Positions 12,532 to 30,637 are shown, numbered from the stretch's first letter. The stretch: 64,000 bases of DNA from the human T2T-CHM13v2.0 reference genome, Homo sapiens (GCF_009914755.1 NC_060937.1), one strand, 5' to 3'. Numbers and translations are program-made. The notes: generated by a model from the letters alone, not told the origin.

Positions 12532-13239
12532 CTGAGGGAAGAGGAGAGAACAGTCACAGCAGAGGGAGCTCCACTCTCCCCAGGCGGCCCCCACACCAGT
12601 CCTTCCCCAGGGAGAGACGCTGGGGGCTCTAATCTGGGGACTTTCTCTAGGTCATATTCCCAAAGACTTGAGTTCCTGAGTAGCAGAAAATTATGTAACA
12701 TCAACTGCAAACTGTCATGTTACCCCAAGAAAAAGTCCCAGAGCAGAGGTCACCTGTGACACTTAAAATACAAGACACACGTGGGCATTTTCATGATGGT
12801 TTTAAAAATCAATAGATATTGAGGGGAGTGGCAAGGAAGACTCGGTGGGGGAGAGACGGCACGGCTGACCACTCACAAAGAGAGGCTGGGGAGGCCCAGC
12901 CCGGGGCTCCCGGATCTCAGCCTCCCGTGGCCACTGGCTGCCTACCCTGCTGAAGTGGCAGGGGTGGGTTATCACCAAGACCATCCGGAAGACTCTGCAT
13001 GCCGGGATGAATGTGCAGCGCTGCCCAGGACACCCGTGGGTGGGGAGTGGAGGCGATGCTGTGGGCCCAGGCCTGTGTGTTTTATAGATTTTGGCTCCTC
13101 ACAGTCAGGACTGGGAGGGATGAGCAGCTCCGCTCCTCGCACAGGGAACCCGAGCCCAAAGCCACTCTGAGCAGGGGGCTCAGAGCCCGAGGGCCCCAGG
13201 CACACTTCCTGCCAGCGCCGTCTCCCTGGGATGTCTCGG

Positions 13240-13459
13240 GAGCCCCTGACCCCACACCTCCTGTCCAGCACCCAGTGTCCTGTGGCCTCTGGGGAGCCCC
13301 TGACCCCACACCTCCTGTCCAGCTCCCAGTCCCCTGTGGCCTCTGGGGAGCCCCTGACCCCACACCTGCACCTCCTGCCCAGCACCCTGTCTCCTGGGGC
13401 CTCTCTGGGCAGTCCCTGACCCCAAACCTCCTGTCCAGCGCCCTGTCTCCTGGGGGCCC
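13240..13459. repeat. Minisatellite, ~54-bp unit x4
   Basis: GAGCCCCTGACCCCACACCT at 13240, 13294, 13348 and a degenerate copy at ~13410. Confidence 0.9.
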
Positions 13460-13541
13460 CTCTTCCCCTTCAAGAGCCCACCAGCAGCACCCAGCAGGCC
13501 ACAGGAGGGGTGCCACGCCGGGTGCTAGGCGGGCCTCTTAC

Positions 13542-13680
13542 CTCTCCCACAGCATCGCTTCCCTGACGGAGCCGCAGGCCAGCTGCCCCTTCATGTAGGC
13601 ACGTGCGTCCTCCAGGAAAGAGCCCAGCCCCAGGAGCAGCTGCTGAGCTTGGAGCATGGCGCTGTCACTGTAGTCGATGG
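13542..13680 (-). CDS. CARS2: CARS2 exon 11: (A)IDYSDSAML...REAMLWE(R)
   Basis: cctcctcag| ... |gtaaga; 139 nt, phase 1/2. Confidence 0.96.
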
Positions 13681-13957
13681 CTGAGGAGGAAGAGATGGTC
13701 ACTGAGGCGGTGCCCACCATGCTGTGCCCCTGCCCTGGTCCAGCAGAATCAGTGTTTTCTGAGGGCACTGCCACCCAGGGACCACACGGAGAGCGGGACA
13801 TGTGGCTCTCACGCCCTCCAGTGACCGCGAGTCCCTAGGCCCACTGGACACAGACCACAGGGTCTGTCCCAGCTCAGTGGCACCTGCCGTGGGAGAACAA
13901 GGTGGCGGTGGAGACATGCTCCCAGTGCTTCCAGCCAAGAGGTGCATTTCCACTGAC

Positions 13958-14066
13958 TGGATGGAGGTGCGGATGAATGGCTGGCTCTGGAAAGAAGGAG
14001 CCCCGCCCTGGATGGATGGAGGTGCGGATGAATGGCTAGCTCTGGAAAGAGGGAGCCCCGCCCTGG
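13958..14066. repeat. Tandem duplication, 55-bp unit x2
   Basis: TGGATGGAGGTGCGGATGAATGGCT...GCCCTGG at 13958 and 14013, 2 mismatches. Confidence 0.9.
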
Positions 14067-16371
14067 GGTCAGAGGCACCTCTAGGGAAGGCCCTCCCGAG
14101 GGAAAGTGCCTGTGTGTGATGGGACAGCCCAAAGAGGGAGGGAGGAGCAGTCCCCAGACCTGGCTTTAGAGTCTGTGGGTGTTTCTTAGGCCACCTGGAT
14201 GAGGGGCCAGTGTTTCTGTTTACATCTGTTCATTTCTTGTGGTTTCTAGTCTACTGCATTCTGATGGGTAAGACAACAGGAGTGAATCGCTTTGCAATGA
14301 TCACATATCCTTGGATATCAGCAAAGCCAGCCACATATTTCTAGAACCTTCTCGTGCCTACTCTGTTTCCCAGGCTGTCTGAGTCCACAGTCCATGCTTT
14401 TGAGGAGTGCTGCTTTAAACAGCTCTTTGAAAACCACAAGAATAAAAAGAGCCTATCTGGACACATATGCTGAAAATTACATCTCAACATGCCTCCAAGT
14501 CCTGACTTCAAAACGAGAATTCCAAAATCAGACATGGCTTCAAGCTGGAAGCAACACAGTGAAAACCTCCCCCAGGGCTGTCTAATATCTTACTTAACAT
14601 TTTTCCTTTTTTTCTAAATTCACTTTCAGTTTTTGCTTTGAATAGCTTGATAGAAAAGAGAAAAAGCCAGAAACCCACAAAGCGATCTGACAAAATTTAA
14701 AGATAATATTCGGGGACTGATAGAGTTGATGCATGGGAGGCTGTTAGAATAAGATTACCATTAATGACACAGCAAGATGAGGCATCCAGATGGGGAGGGG
14801 CAGACAGATGCCCAGGATGGAGACGCCTTCTGCCTCAAGGTCAAGGACAGCTGCATTTCTCCAAAGAGGATTCTGCTCTACAGATGGGAGACACTTCTCC
14901 AAAGTGTCAGCGCAGCACAGACTGCAAGGGATGCCACCACCGTCCCCCTCCATCTTCCCAAAGGTGAAGAAAGAATGTCTGGGAAGATCCCGAACTCCCA
15001 CACCATTCGTGGATGGAAGCTCAGACAGCAAGCGACGGCCCAGCTCCTCATGGCCACCTCCGACCTCGGCAGGGTGGGGCAGTCGTGTCCACTGTGGGGA
15101 TCCACGTCCTGACTAACCTTGTGTTCCTAGAAATCCCTCACTGGCAGATCGGTGCCTCCTGAATCCCACCCAAAATTCCCACTGGGAATGTGTTCCTGAA
15201 AGAGCTGCCCAGGCTTGAGAAAGCCTCTTTTCAGACCAAACTTCGTATTCAAAGCTCAAAAAGAACTGCACACAATTAGGACAGTCATACAAGATGCTGC
15301 CCCTAATCCTGCCACAATCTGCGAGAAGGGAGGCGGGGCTTCCGAGGGCAAAGTGCCCCTGGGAAGGGATCCGCAGGGAACAGCTTTGAAAGGACCACAG
15401 CCCCCAGCCACGAGGGGAGCAAGCACGAGCCGGGAAGAGAGCTCTGCGCTCGCACACGGGATTCATCTCCGCCGCCTCTGCCCGTTTCCAGCAACACGGA
15501 GCCAGGCGGAAACAGTTTCTCCAGCCCATTCGCCTCCCCGACTCTTCCTCTCACGGCACGGCTGGGCTGCTTTCATCACGCGTAAGTGCACACCACACAC
15601 AGATGCTGCACGAGGCCAGGCGAGCACGAGGCTGGCCACACTTCTTTCTCAAGCTCGTGCGCCCGTGAGCGCAGGTCCCCTGGGCCGATGCACTGCAGTT
15701 CCACCCAGGGGAGAGGTTCAGACCACGTCTCAGAAAACCTGAGTTTGCAGTAGAAAGCCAACGACGTGGCGTCAGAGCCAGGATAAAGACATGGCCCAAG
15801 GTAGCCTTTCGGTGGTCAAAGGTGCAGGTGTCTGTGTGCCCCTCTCACGCTGACAGGAGCTGCAGGCCGGGTGAAATTCTGCAGGCACAGCACAGGGGAG
15901 GGAGATGGATGGGGACCAGCCCAGGGGCTCACCCAAACCCACCAAAGCTTTGTGTGTGACATAAAGTGTGCTGGTCAGATAGATTCACCCCATGGGGGAA
16001 TGAGAATAAACTATGTTTCGGCTGCATGTCCCCACTCCCATCGTCTTCATTAAAAAGGTGAAATCATCAATTTGGAGCAAGAGAGCTACGTAGGAGGGAC
16101 AAGAAGGGGGAGAGGGAGGTGGCATGACAACAGCAGCGACCCAGGGCCTCGGCAGTGTCAATGGAGCAGAGGGGACACCAGAGGCCAGAAGGACAGCAAC
16201 CCTCGCTCACCAGGAAGGAACTGTCACCATCTCCAGAGGACACTGGCCCTGCTCCTGCAGCACTAGCCATACACTGGGACCTTATTGCCAGTTAGGTGGT
16301 CAAGCCAGGCAGGGCAGTATCACTGTCCCCAGCCCTCACTTGCCACCAGGGATGCAGCTCTGGATAACGAC

Positions 16372-16966
<595 letters not shown>

Positions 16967-17471
16967 CAGTGCTAGACAACTCCTGGCCAAGAGCCTAGCC
17001 CGGGGCAGCAGGCAACTGTGCAGCATGGGAGGAACCGTCATCACCCATCCAGGAGACCTTGCTCTGCTACACACCGTTCGGGGAAGTGCTGCCCCTGGGC
17101 AGGACAGGCAGGGTCACGTTTGAGGGCTCCCATGTTCAGGGGCCGTGCCAGGCTGGCCCCTTCCAATCTCCCAGTTCACACAGCAGGAAGCCGAGGTGCT
17201 GCGGGTTCACGACTTGTCCAGACCCAGAGAGAAGGAGTGGAGAGGACTCGAGCTTGACGAGGAAGCCCACATCCACTGTGGGCCGGGCCCGGACCAGCAC
17301 TGGGATCCCTCGTCCTCTGGGTTCACTCTCAACCCGAACCGTAAGGCACACAGCAGCCTCACTCAACAAGGTTCTGCTTATTCTCTGGCCTGCATTTTGC
17401 TGTTTTCAGTCCTGTCAGAATGACTGTCTCCGAGCTGGGGGGGGAGTCCACTCCACGTGTGCTCGGCTCAC

Positions 17472-17538
17472 CTGAGCGGTAGCTGCTCCGCAGGCAGAAG
17501 AACCGGAAGACATCGGGGGAAAAGGTCTTCAGAAAGTC
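17472..17538 (-). CDS. CARS2: CARS2 exon 10: [22 protein letters not shown]
   Basis: ctttaccag| ... |gtgagc; 67 nt, phase 0/1. Confidence 0.96.
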
Positions 17539-19181
17539 CTGGTAAAGCGAGAGACAGGCAGTCACGAGGCTTTGCTTTTACGCTTCGCACTGTTCAGAGA
17601 ATATGTTACTTTCTACAATTACATAAGTTATCTCTACCTATCAAGAAATCAGGAACCTTGATGAAAATGAGCCCTCCAAACTCACAATTACCACCTGTTT
17701 CCTGGTGATTTCCTCACTGAACTTTCCACGTTCGATCTCAGTATTTGTGGAAAGAGCAAGAAGAGAAAGCCGGTTTGCACTGAAAATCCGCACCTGCGCA
17801 GGCTCCAGGAGGAGTGTGTCCTGTGCTCAGCCTGGGCTCTCTTTCTGCACGACAGGGACGTGGGACAGACAGCATGGAGCGATGCTGTGCTCAGGAAGAG
17901 ACCAGGTAGGTGGCGGGAGGCACACCAGCTCTGGCCTGCCTGCAACCCCCAGGAGAAGCTTGCGGTGAACGTCAGACCCGGCTGACCTCCAGCTCAGCCC
18001 AGCCAAGGGGCGACAGCCTCACTCATCCTATTTGGTGGCACAGTTCTTGTAAACACTGGGCTAAAGCATGCGCTAAGTCTGTCTCTTGAAGACTAAACCA
18101 CCCAGCTTCTGGTTAAACCTAAGTAAAACTCAGAACCCAACCGGTATCCTCCTATAGATCAATTAGAAAACGTCTGTCCAGAAAGAAGTGGAGCTTTCTA
18201 CATGAGGAAGCTTAGAAGAGGTCATTAGAGGCACTGCAAAAGCAGCTCAGCCCTCAGCAAAACCTCCTGTGGGGCGCTCAGGGTTCAGCTCTGGCAGCTA
18301 CTTTTAAGAGATGAGATGAGTGGGGGAGAGAAGGAAGAGGGCTCTGCCCAGCTTGGGCTTCCACTGTGGCCCCAAGAAAGAAAGCCGAGCTCCGACTGCA
18401 CCCCTGGCCAGGGACGCGCTCCGACGGGAGCCCGAGTGGCTCCTTGCCTGGATCTGCAGCACATGGTGCCGGCTCTGACCAAAGCCCCCTTTCCTGCCAC
18501 CACCTCAGAAGACAGAACTGGCTCACCCCATGCCTGTCCACTGCGCAGGAAGCTGTCGCTGACCTTGCTGGAGTGAGAAGTGCGTTTCCGTCTCCCTCGA
18601 GTAAACCCGATACCCTCTTCTCTAGGCTGATGGGCAGCAACACAAGCCCAGAGCACAGGGGCTGACACCAACCCACAGTCTGCACCCGCTCATCAGAGCT
18701 CAGATACCCACTTCCTCTGCAGGGTGGTCGTGGGAGCACAGAGCTGCCAGGGAGAGTGAGCCGGAAACGGCGGAGTCCAGCTCAAAATACTGCATCACAA
18801 CACATGGTATTTTATGAGGCATAAAAGACCAGTCTAAGGCCGTGCTGCTCAACAACCCTACTGAGAGCAAAACACACACAACTGAAGAGCGTCTTGGGGT
18901 AGAAGGGGCTGTCCCTGCTTCAGGCTGCAGCGGCCTCGCCCACCCAGTAGAAAGGAGGGGGCTCCCTGGACTGCTGAGCTGGAAGGAGGAGGACACTGCT
19001 CCACCTGCCTCCAGGGCTCAGTCCCTTCAGAGGACGGAGCAGGTCTGGTCTGTCTTCTACCAGGAAGGAGCTCAGCCCCCACCCCACAGCCCAACTCCTG
19101 TCTGCCTGTGCCTGAGGCAGTGAGGGGCATTCTCATGTGGGGTGGCGTTAATCAGAAAGCTGCTGGGCCAATGCCCTAACA

Positions 19182-19640
19182 CAGGGGTGCTCAACCTGGG
19201 GTCCACAGACCTCCTAGGGGCCCACAGAGAGAAGGTGGGAGGGCGGGGAGATCTGTGAACTGGGATGGTTCAACAGTTATGTGTTTATTTCTGCCAGCCT
19301 TGCACCGAAATGGGTATTTCCTTCGATGGTCAGTGTAGGCAGCAAACGCATCTGGAAGCACAGAGCCTGGCATGGTGGCCACAGCTGCCACAGGTGACCC
19401 CACAGGGATGACATCACACACCACAACTCACATGAGAGGATGGCAGCCATCAGACCCCACCCACGCTGAGCTAACCGCTGAGTCAAGCAGAGCCCCCGCT
19501 CCTCTACTTCAGTATCATCAACGGCCTTTGGGATCCTATGTATTTTATTTTACGTATTTAAAGCAAATTGTAAGGCTGGGTCCACAGACTTCACCAGGCT
19601 GCCACAGGGGCCTGGGGTGGGGAGGGGGGGCTGGGGTATG

Positions 19641-19672
<32 letters not shown>

Positions 19673-19683
19673 AAGAGCCCCTG
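19182..19683 (+). mobile_element. hAT-Charlie relic (Charlie4a-like) with (TG)n at 19639-19671
   Basis: Termini CAGGGGTGCTCAACCTGGGGTCCA...GAGCCCCTG and internal ATCCTATGTATTTTATTTTA match the recalled Charlie4a consensus. Confidence 0.7.
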
Positions 19684-21057
19684 TCCAATCCAACAGTAGT
19701 TCATCAGTAATCACACTGGAATTCCATTTCCGTCTGTCCATCTCCCGGGTGCTCCTTCCCAAATTGTGAAAAAAGGAATATTACTCCTGGGTCCTCTAAT
19801 TCGCAACTCGCAGGCTTACTTGACACCCTCCCTCACCCGAGGTGCTGTGGTTCCAATTAACGCACACAGCCATGTCCTGCTGGTTTCAGTTCAGGTTGCG
19901 CCCTATTTAGGTCTCCGGGTTTCGGTGTGGAAACACCACTCCACAAGCAGCCTCCACGCTCCCCACTTCATTCCAAAAACGATTTCACCTGGCTTTCTCT
20001 CAAAGGGGTTTTCCTCTCAGAATGTAAACGCATGCAGAATTAGCCTCAATGTGTTTTCACGCATCTCATAGTTCTCTGAAACCCCAACAACATTAAAGGC
20101 TTATCTTCCCTGCTCTTGCGGGGGCGGGCGCTACTGCAGCGAGCTATAGTAGTAGTTCTAATAGAAATCTGGAATCTAATCTTTCTAGAGCATTGAGTTT
20201 CTACGGACTAAAGGAGAAACATATTATAACTTCTTCATTACACAGTATTCTGACAATGATGTGAAAACTCTTGAATACTGTGGGTGCACACGGACATTAA
20301 TTTTTTAGCGTGTTCCTGCTCTGTGCCGGCTGATATCAGCAAGTTTCTATACTACTCCGGTTCCACCGTGCAACCTGCCACGGCTCCCTGAGAGGCAAAA
20401 TGTGGCGACGGCAGTGTAAGCTCGTGCTGGAACTCTCCAGGAGGTAAGCAATCTCCCAGAGCCCAGGCCGGAGGACCGGATTGGCCTTCAGGTGGGGATG
20501 GTAACAAGCCATGTGAGCCCCAGTGAGCTCACGAGGTAACAGGGTGCACACTCACAGGGAGCCCGCTGGGTACACATGCCAGTTGCCGAGGGACTTCCTA
20601 TGATGCCAGCGCTGCACACACCCCTGGAGCCCCTGGGCAGAAGCAGGCACCAGAGCCTCTCTACTGGGCCAGGCCCTAGCTTGCTTTGAGACGTACAGTA
20701 ACTAGAAAGCAGGTTTTAAACCATTATCTGAGCTCCAGGGTTGAGCTCTTTCTACGTGGACTGTGGCCTCCATTACGCAGAAAGCATTGGGTTTTCACCC
20801 AGGCTATCATAAAGGTCTATCAGTGGTCTCCAAGACAAAGAGGACTGGCGGGAAAGGGTCTTATGCTAGAAACCAGGAATGTGGCAAGTATTTTTAAGAT
20901 GTAGGGCAATAACTTAACATCTCCAAGGAACTATGGGCTAGGGTAGGTGCGAGCTACCAAAAATATAAATGAAAAATCACCAGTAAATACATATAGACAA
21001 ATCAACACAGCAAATAGACAAAGGCATGGAAATTTAAAATCTAGTTGCCATTCTTCA

Positions 21058-21413
<356 letters not shown>

Positions 21414-22463
21414 AGGTAACCTGATTAAAATTCTAATTTGATGCTGGAGAGACCTGGGAAACAGACATTTTAATCTACTGCCAGTAGGAATGTAAATCAC
21501 ACTCATTGATAAAGTCACCAGGGGCTCTGTCCAAAACATTCCGAATGTGCCCGTATCTTCTGATGTGCGATTCTACCTCAAGGCACTTTTCTCAAGTCAC
21601 TAATCATTAGATGTGCACAGATATTTAGCTAAAGGATATTCATCACAGCACTGCAGCCTGCAGAGTACAGGTCTCACAAACAAGCCCAACAACAGGGAAA
21701 TAAAATCACGGTGCCTCACTGCCATGAGCCACTAAGAGGCTGCTAAAAATAATGCAGACATGGCAATGTCTGTGAAAATTGAAAATGCACATACCCTAGT
21801 GGAAAATACAGTAGGATTTAAATGACCATCAATAGGGGATTCTTTAATTAAGCTGCACCCACACACTGGACTACGCAGCCATTCGAGAGAATGAACCAAC
21901 TCCATATGGTAGAAAACCTACTGAGGCCAAGAGATTAATCAAGCAAACGCAAAACTACACGACTGTGTGTGAAGGGAAAGTGAGAAGCACAGCTATAGGG
22001 AGATGTGTGCACACACACACCTGCTCCGAGAAAACTAACCGCTGCTTCAGGAGAGAAGCCGGGCAACAGTGAACGTGGTCGGGCAGGAGGCCTGCTTTCC
22101 AGACTTAGTACCTTTGAATTTTTCTACCGTGTGCTTCTCCGTCTTGTCTGCAGTTTTCAAACTTTCTGAAATTAAACGCATCATGTCTATAATCAAATTA
22201 AAACCTCACTTAAATTGTTAGGGAAGAGGCGGCATGCATACGACACTGCCTCATGAATGAGACAGAGGAGAAAGGTTTATGTGTATTGGCCTATCGTGTG
22301 TAATGGAACACAGGAAGACGAATCCAAAACAGAGAACACAACTGTGGCTGCTGGGGAAGGAATGGGTGCAGGCGGGCTCCAGGCCAGCCTTCTCCATGCT
22401 CTCTTTAGTGTTAATGCTGAACCCTGCAAATGTTTCACAGATATGACAAATAAAAGTAAATTG

Positions 22464-22758
22464 GGACTGGATGCAGTGGCTCACGCCTGTAATCCCAGCA
22501 CTTTGGGAGGCCGAGGCAGGTGGACCTGAGGTTAGGAGTTCAAGACCAGCCTGGCCAACATGATGAAACCCCATCTCCACTAAAAATACAAAAATTAGCT
22601 GGGTGTGGTGGTGTAGGCCTGTAATCCCAGCTACCTGGGAGGCTGAGGCATGAGAATCACTTGAACCTGGGAGGCAGAGGTTGCAGTGAGTTGAGATCAC
22701 ACTAATGCACTACAGCCTGGGTGACAGAGCAAGACTCTCAAAAAAGACAAAACAAAAA
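22464..22758 (+). mobile_element. AluS
   Basis: Dimeric Alu; TSD AAAAGTAAATTG. Confidence 0.92.
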
Positions 22759-23043
22759 GTAAATTGAAAAGGGGAAGAGAGAGACCACCACACTGGAAAC
22801 AAACAGAACAAATGAACCTCTTGTGTTAATGAAAGGAGATCATTACATGCCGCGAGTGTATGTTCAGACCACAGAGCTTTAGTGGGGTGCAGTCCACGAG
22901 AAAAAGAAATTTCAGTCCAGAATAGGTGAATCACAGAAACAGAAAGTAGATGAGCGGCTGTCGGGGCTGGGAGGAGGTGGGAGTGAGAAGTGATGGCCCA
23001 TGGATGTGGTGTTTCTTTTTGGGGTGATAAAAACGTTCTTAGA

Positions 23044-23363
<320 letters not shown>

Positions 23364-24846
23364 TCACAACTGCGAATATCTTACAAACCACTAAGCAGTA
23401 CCATTTAAATAGTATACTTATATAGTATGTGCATTACATTTCAATAAAGCTATTAGTTTAAAAAGAAATAAGAGAAGCCTTAAGTTTTACTCAATAGTTT
23501 TACTGTTAATGGTAATATTGGTATTAAGTTTTTAAATTTATTTTGTGTGTATTTTAAGATAAAACAAAAAGTTGATATGCTCTTATAAGATGTTTAGTAA
23601 GAGAGGAAAATAAAGAGCTAAAACTAAAAAGCCCTGTGATATTAAATTTTATAATTTTATTTGGATATATCAAAATTAACCCAAATAAGGAATCTATTTT
23701 GTATGTGCAGGTTTATCTCCCTTTCCCCTAGCTCTGACCCCTGAAAAAGCGTAGACGCAGTGTCACTCTGGTAGCAATCAACATCGCAGTGCCCAAATCT
23801 TGCCTTCAAAATCCCATTTCCCCTCAAAGGCAGGGTGGCTGCTTGGAGAAACGGCAGGTCTGGGTAGGAAAGCAAAAGGCAGGCAGGTGCAGGAGGGCAC
23901 AACAGAGGCCGAGGGGCCTGTCCCTGGGGGACCGGAGCCAGTCAGAAGAGCCCTCCCTGGCTAAATCCGGGATGATTTCAACACCCAAAAGATAATGACT
24001 GAATTGACAATACACTAAATAAATATAAATCACTGACTCTGTCTACTAAAAAAAGAAAGACAAAAACACTTTTCTTTAAGAAGAATGCCAACTAATAAAT
24101 GTAAAAGAGGGAACAATTAGACAACCATGACTTTGCAATAACCAATGAAATACCTGATCAAAGTGAAGCCTCTAAAACCATAGGGTGGAAGGTTATTAGG
24201 AAACAAATTACCATGCAGCATGCCACCTCTCAGATGCTTAATATTCATAAGAAGAAAATAAACTCTGCAGTAGAGGGATCTGGTAGTCATTCCTTAACAA
24301 ATGGTAAAACTCACCATCATGAATCGTAGGACAACCTGACCTTGCAGCCCCCAGGGAATGCACTGTGAGTTCACAGCATCAACTACAAGGTATTCCTGCC
24401 AAAAAGCTTCTACCTGGATCAAACTGACCCTTTAACCCTCACTTCCCGTGAAATGAACTACAGGAGATAGAAGAACAAGCTAAATGACAACACAATGAAA
24501 CAGACAAATCCAAAATGTGGGATGTTCAACAAGACAAGTGGCTCAATCTCTTCAAAAAGTCAACACCACAGGAAAAATAAAAGTAGAAAGACTGCTGTAG
24601 ATTAGATTAGAAACCTAGAAAGAACAATGAAATATAATTCAGCCTAAAGGAAGGAAATTTTGACATGGAATAAAGGAGCACAGGTGAATCTTGAGAACAC
24701 CATGCTAAGTGAAATAAGCCAGTCACAAAAGGACAATTACTATGTGAGTCCACTTACACGAGATCTAGAGCAGCCAAAATCATAGAAACAGAAAGTAGAA
24801 GGGTTGTTGCCAAGGCCTGGGGAAAGGGGAAATGGGAAGTTGTTCA

Positions 24847-25425
<579 letters not shown>

Positions 25426-25981
25426 TTAAGAAATTACTGCTAACTTTTTAGGTGTTTGGATTATGTAGGAAAGCATCCTTATTTTTAGGAGTTGGTTACA
25501 GAATAGAGAAGTGTGATGATGTCTTCAATGTATTTCCTAATGGTCAATAACAAGCATTATATACAGGTGTCCATGTGCATACATGCTCACACAAATGTGC
25601 ACATGCACACACACGCTCACCACTCCCATAAACACAGATAAAGCCCCTGAAGGGTACCACAGCCTGCCAGCCCTGAATATGCCTCCCTGGCATACAGATT
25701 ATTTTGAGCTAAAGACCACTGAGAACAAGCAGATGCAGGAAATGCTCTAAAAACAGGGTGCAAGTTTTCCTTGTAAACAAAGCTCCCAGTTGTAAAAGAT
25801 GTATCCTGCTGTAGCAGGGTGAGGACTCCCTAACAACTCTCAATAGAGAGGCTCAATCTGCAAAACAAATTTTACTCAACAATCCTTGTTTATCACTTTT
25901 CCTAGTCACCCTCCCAAAACTTGCCTGCCCCTCCTCAAGCCCAGATCTCCTTTTTTTTTTTGTTTGGCCTAGCATGGTTCA

Positions 25982-28601
<2,620 letters not shown>

Positions 28602-28603
28602 CA

Positions 28604-28890
28604 GTGGCCGGGCTCCGACCCACTCTGCACCATGCAACCCCATGGCCGGGTTCGGACCTCTCTCTGCGTCATGCAACCCCGTGGCCGGGCTCCGACACGC
28701 CCCCCCACATCATGCAACCCCGTGGCCGGGCTCTGGCCCCACTCTGCATCATGCAACCCCACGGCCAGGCTCCGACCCCACTGCATACCATGCAACCCCG
28801 TGGCTGGGTTTGGACCCCCTCTGCGTCATGCAACCCCGTGGCCCCGGGCTCCAACCTTCCTCTGTGTCATGCAACCCTGTGCTCCACCTC
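28604..28890. repeat. CpG-rich minisatellite, 38-41-bp unit x ~7.5
   Basis: CATGCAACCC at 28631, 28670, 28711, 28750, 28789, 28827, 28868. Confidence 0.95.
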
Positions 28891-29863
28891 CACGTGTGCC
28901 GTGCACGCTCTAACACATTTCTCTTTGTTTTTCTCTTGCTAATCTGTCTTTGGCCAGAGTCTAATTTACCAATTTAATTGAGGCTCCCCGGTGGGAGAAT
29001 CTAAGCTGGGTAGGCGAAAAAGATCCTACACAGCAAATACAGCAAAATCATCACAACTACTGAATCTGGGTGGAGCCACAGTGATGTTTCTTTCAACTTT
29101 TCTATCGGTTTGAAATTTTGCCTAGGATAAAACGGAAAAATTCTACTTAAGGAAACTATATACAAATTATTTTGTGAGGAGCAGTCCCTGTTGGTGTATC
29201 CTAAATCTGATGGGTACAGCTTTCACTGGTTTGCTATTTAGGCGGTGAGATCTGGATACTATTCTTCTCCATTTATTTTGCAATTAAATTAAATCTGGCT
29301 TTAAAGACAGGCCAGAAGACAAAGGAGGAGTTCAAACTATGTCAGCCAGAGCTCTCCGTGGGTGCGCCTGTTTTCCATTCACACGAAAATTCACATTCCA
29401 TGTGTCAGCAGCATAGCATGATGCCATTTTTCAGGTTGGTTAAGGATCCAGCCAGCTCTGAGCCTATTAAGGGCAAACAGCAAAACCTAAACAAATCCCA
29501 AAGCCACACCAGTAAGAGGTGGTGGGTGAGGGCGGGAAGGAAGTCAGCAGATGCACCAAGAGGGAGACAACAATTATAAAAGGAAAAGGCAAGGAAGAGG
29601 GCGCCGGCCTTGAAACACGGAAAGAGAAAGGGAAGCTCCACCAAGAAAGGGACTGCGGAAACCTGCGGGAGGCGCACAGCTGAGGGCGCGATTAGGCGGA
29701 GAGCCACTTAAAGTGGGAGGGAGGTGAGGCAGGTCTCGTCATAAGAAAGGGGCCAGAGGGCACTGGGAATGGGATTCCGTGGTTCTCAAATGACACAGAA
29801 GCCTTTAAGATGGGTTCCACAAGCTATCGGCACCTCAGAGATACAATACAAAAAGCACGTTAC

Positions 29864-29931
29864 CTTAATAGTAATGTAGTTCTTTAATGATTTGGACATT
29901 TTTTCTTCTTTGCCTTTGGCGTGCAAATGCC
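29864..29931 (-). CDS. CARS2: CARS2 exon 9: (G)[22 protein letters not shown]
   Basis: tgtttcag| ... |gtaacg; 68 nt; class I aaRS KMSKS motif (K317/K320 by exon arithmetic). Confidence 0.97.
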
Positions 29932-30637
29932 CTGAAACAAAAACAAAAGCATTCAGTCTGAGCTGGGTGAGGAGACTCTCTGGCCTCAGGGACACATGGC
30001 TCCCCAGGAAACGAATGGGAACCTGCACATATCCAATGTATAGACCAGTGTATGTTGGTATAAATCTGCCCCCAAATCTTCACCCGTGCTGGGCCTTCCG
30101 GGAAGACAGGACCTGCCCTTGTTCCACGGTGCAGGGACACCCAGCCCCACACTGAGAGCAGATGGCAGGGGTGCCCCAGCTGACTCAGAAGCTAAACAAG
30201 AGCCAGCAACCGTGGTACTGACAGCAGTATTTCATCTATTTTCTCCTCTCCTGTAATTCAGAGATACTGAATTCAGATACTGGTCAGCATCTGAAGAAAC
30301 GACAAAGCTCTCATTTGACAAATCAGGCACTTGGCGGTGAAGCTTGTTGACCGTTGTCCAAAAACAGAGTGGCACTTGTGGGTCTCTGAGTGGGAAGAAT
30401 CAGAGGTCCTGTTGCAGTTGGTTTCACAGACTTTGATGACCTGGGTATTATTTCATCCCCTATGTATGTGAAAGACAGGAGGAAAACCAAACTCATTTAA
30501 GGAACTCCTGAATCTGACCCTGAAATTCTCCCTGGCCTGTAGCTTTTTACAAGGCTTATCTCCAAGAGAAGGGCTTTCTGTTTCTAACAGAAGACTCTTC
30601 CTCTTTTTCTGACACAACTTCAAACAGGAGTCCTCCA

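Noticed and set aside
14744-15800. Several 80-175-aa ORFs in GC-rich intron 10 as possible alternative CARS2 ends
   Set aside because: No family similarity and no convincing acceptor plus poly(A) signal found by eye
17693-17770. Strong minus-strand pyrimidine tract plus donor-like sites upstream of exon 10
   Set aside because: The tract is followed by CAA rather than CAG; the first AG is a poor GAG
28604-28890. CRISPR-like repeat/spacer appearance
   Set aside because: The 'spacers' are mutually homologous, there are no cas genes, and the context is a primate intron: a minisatellite
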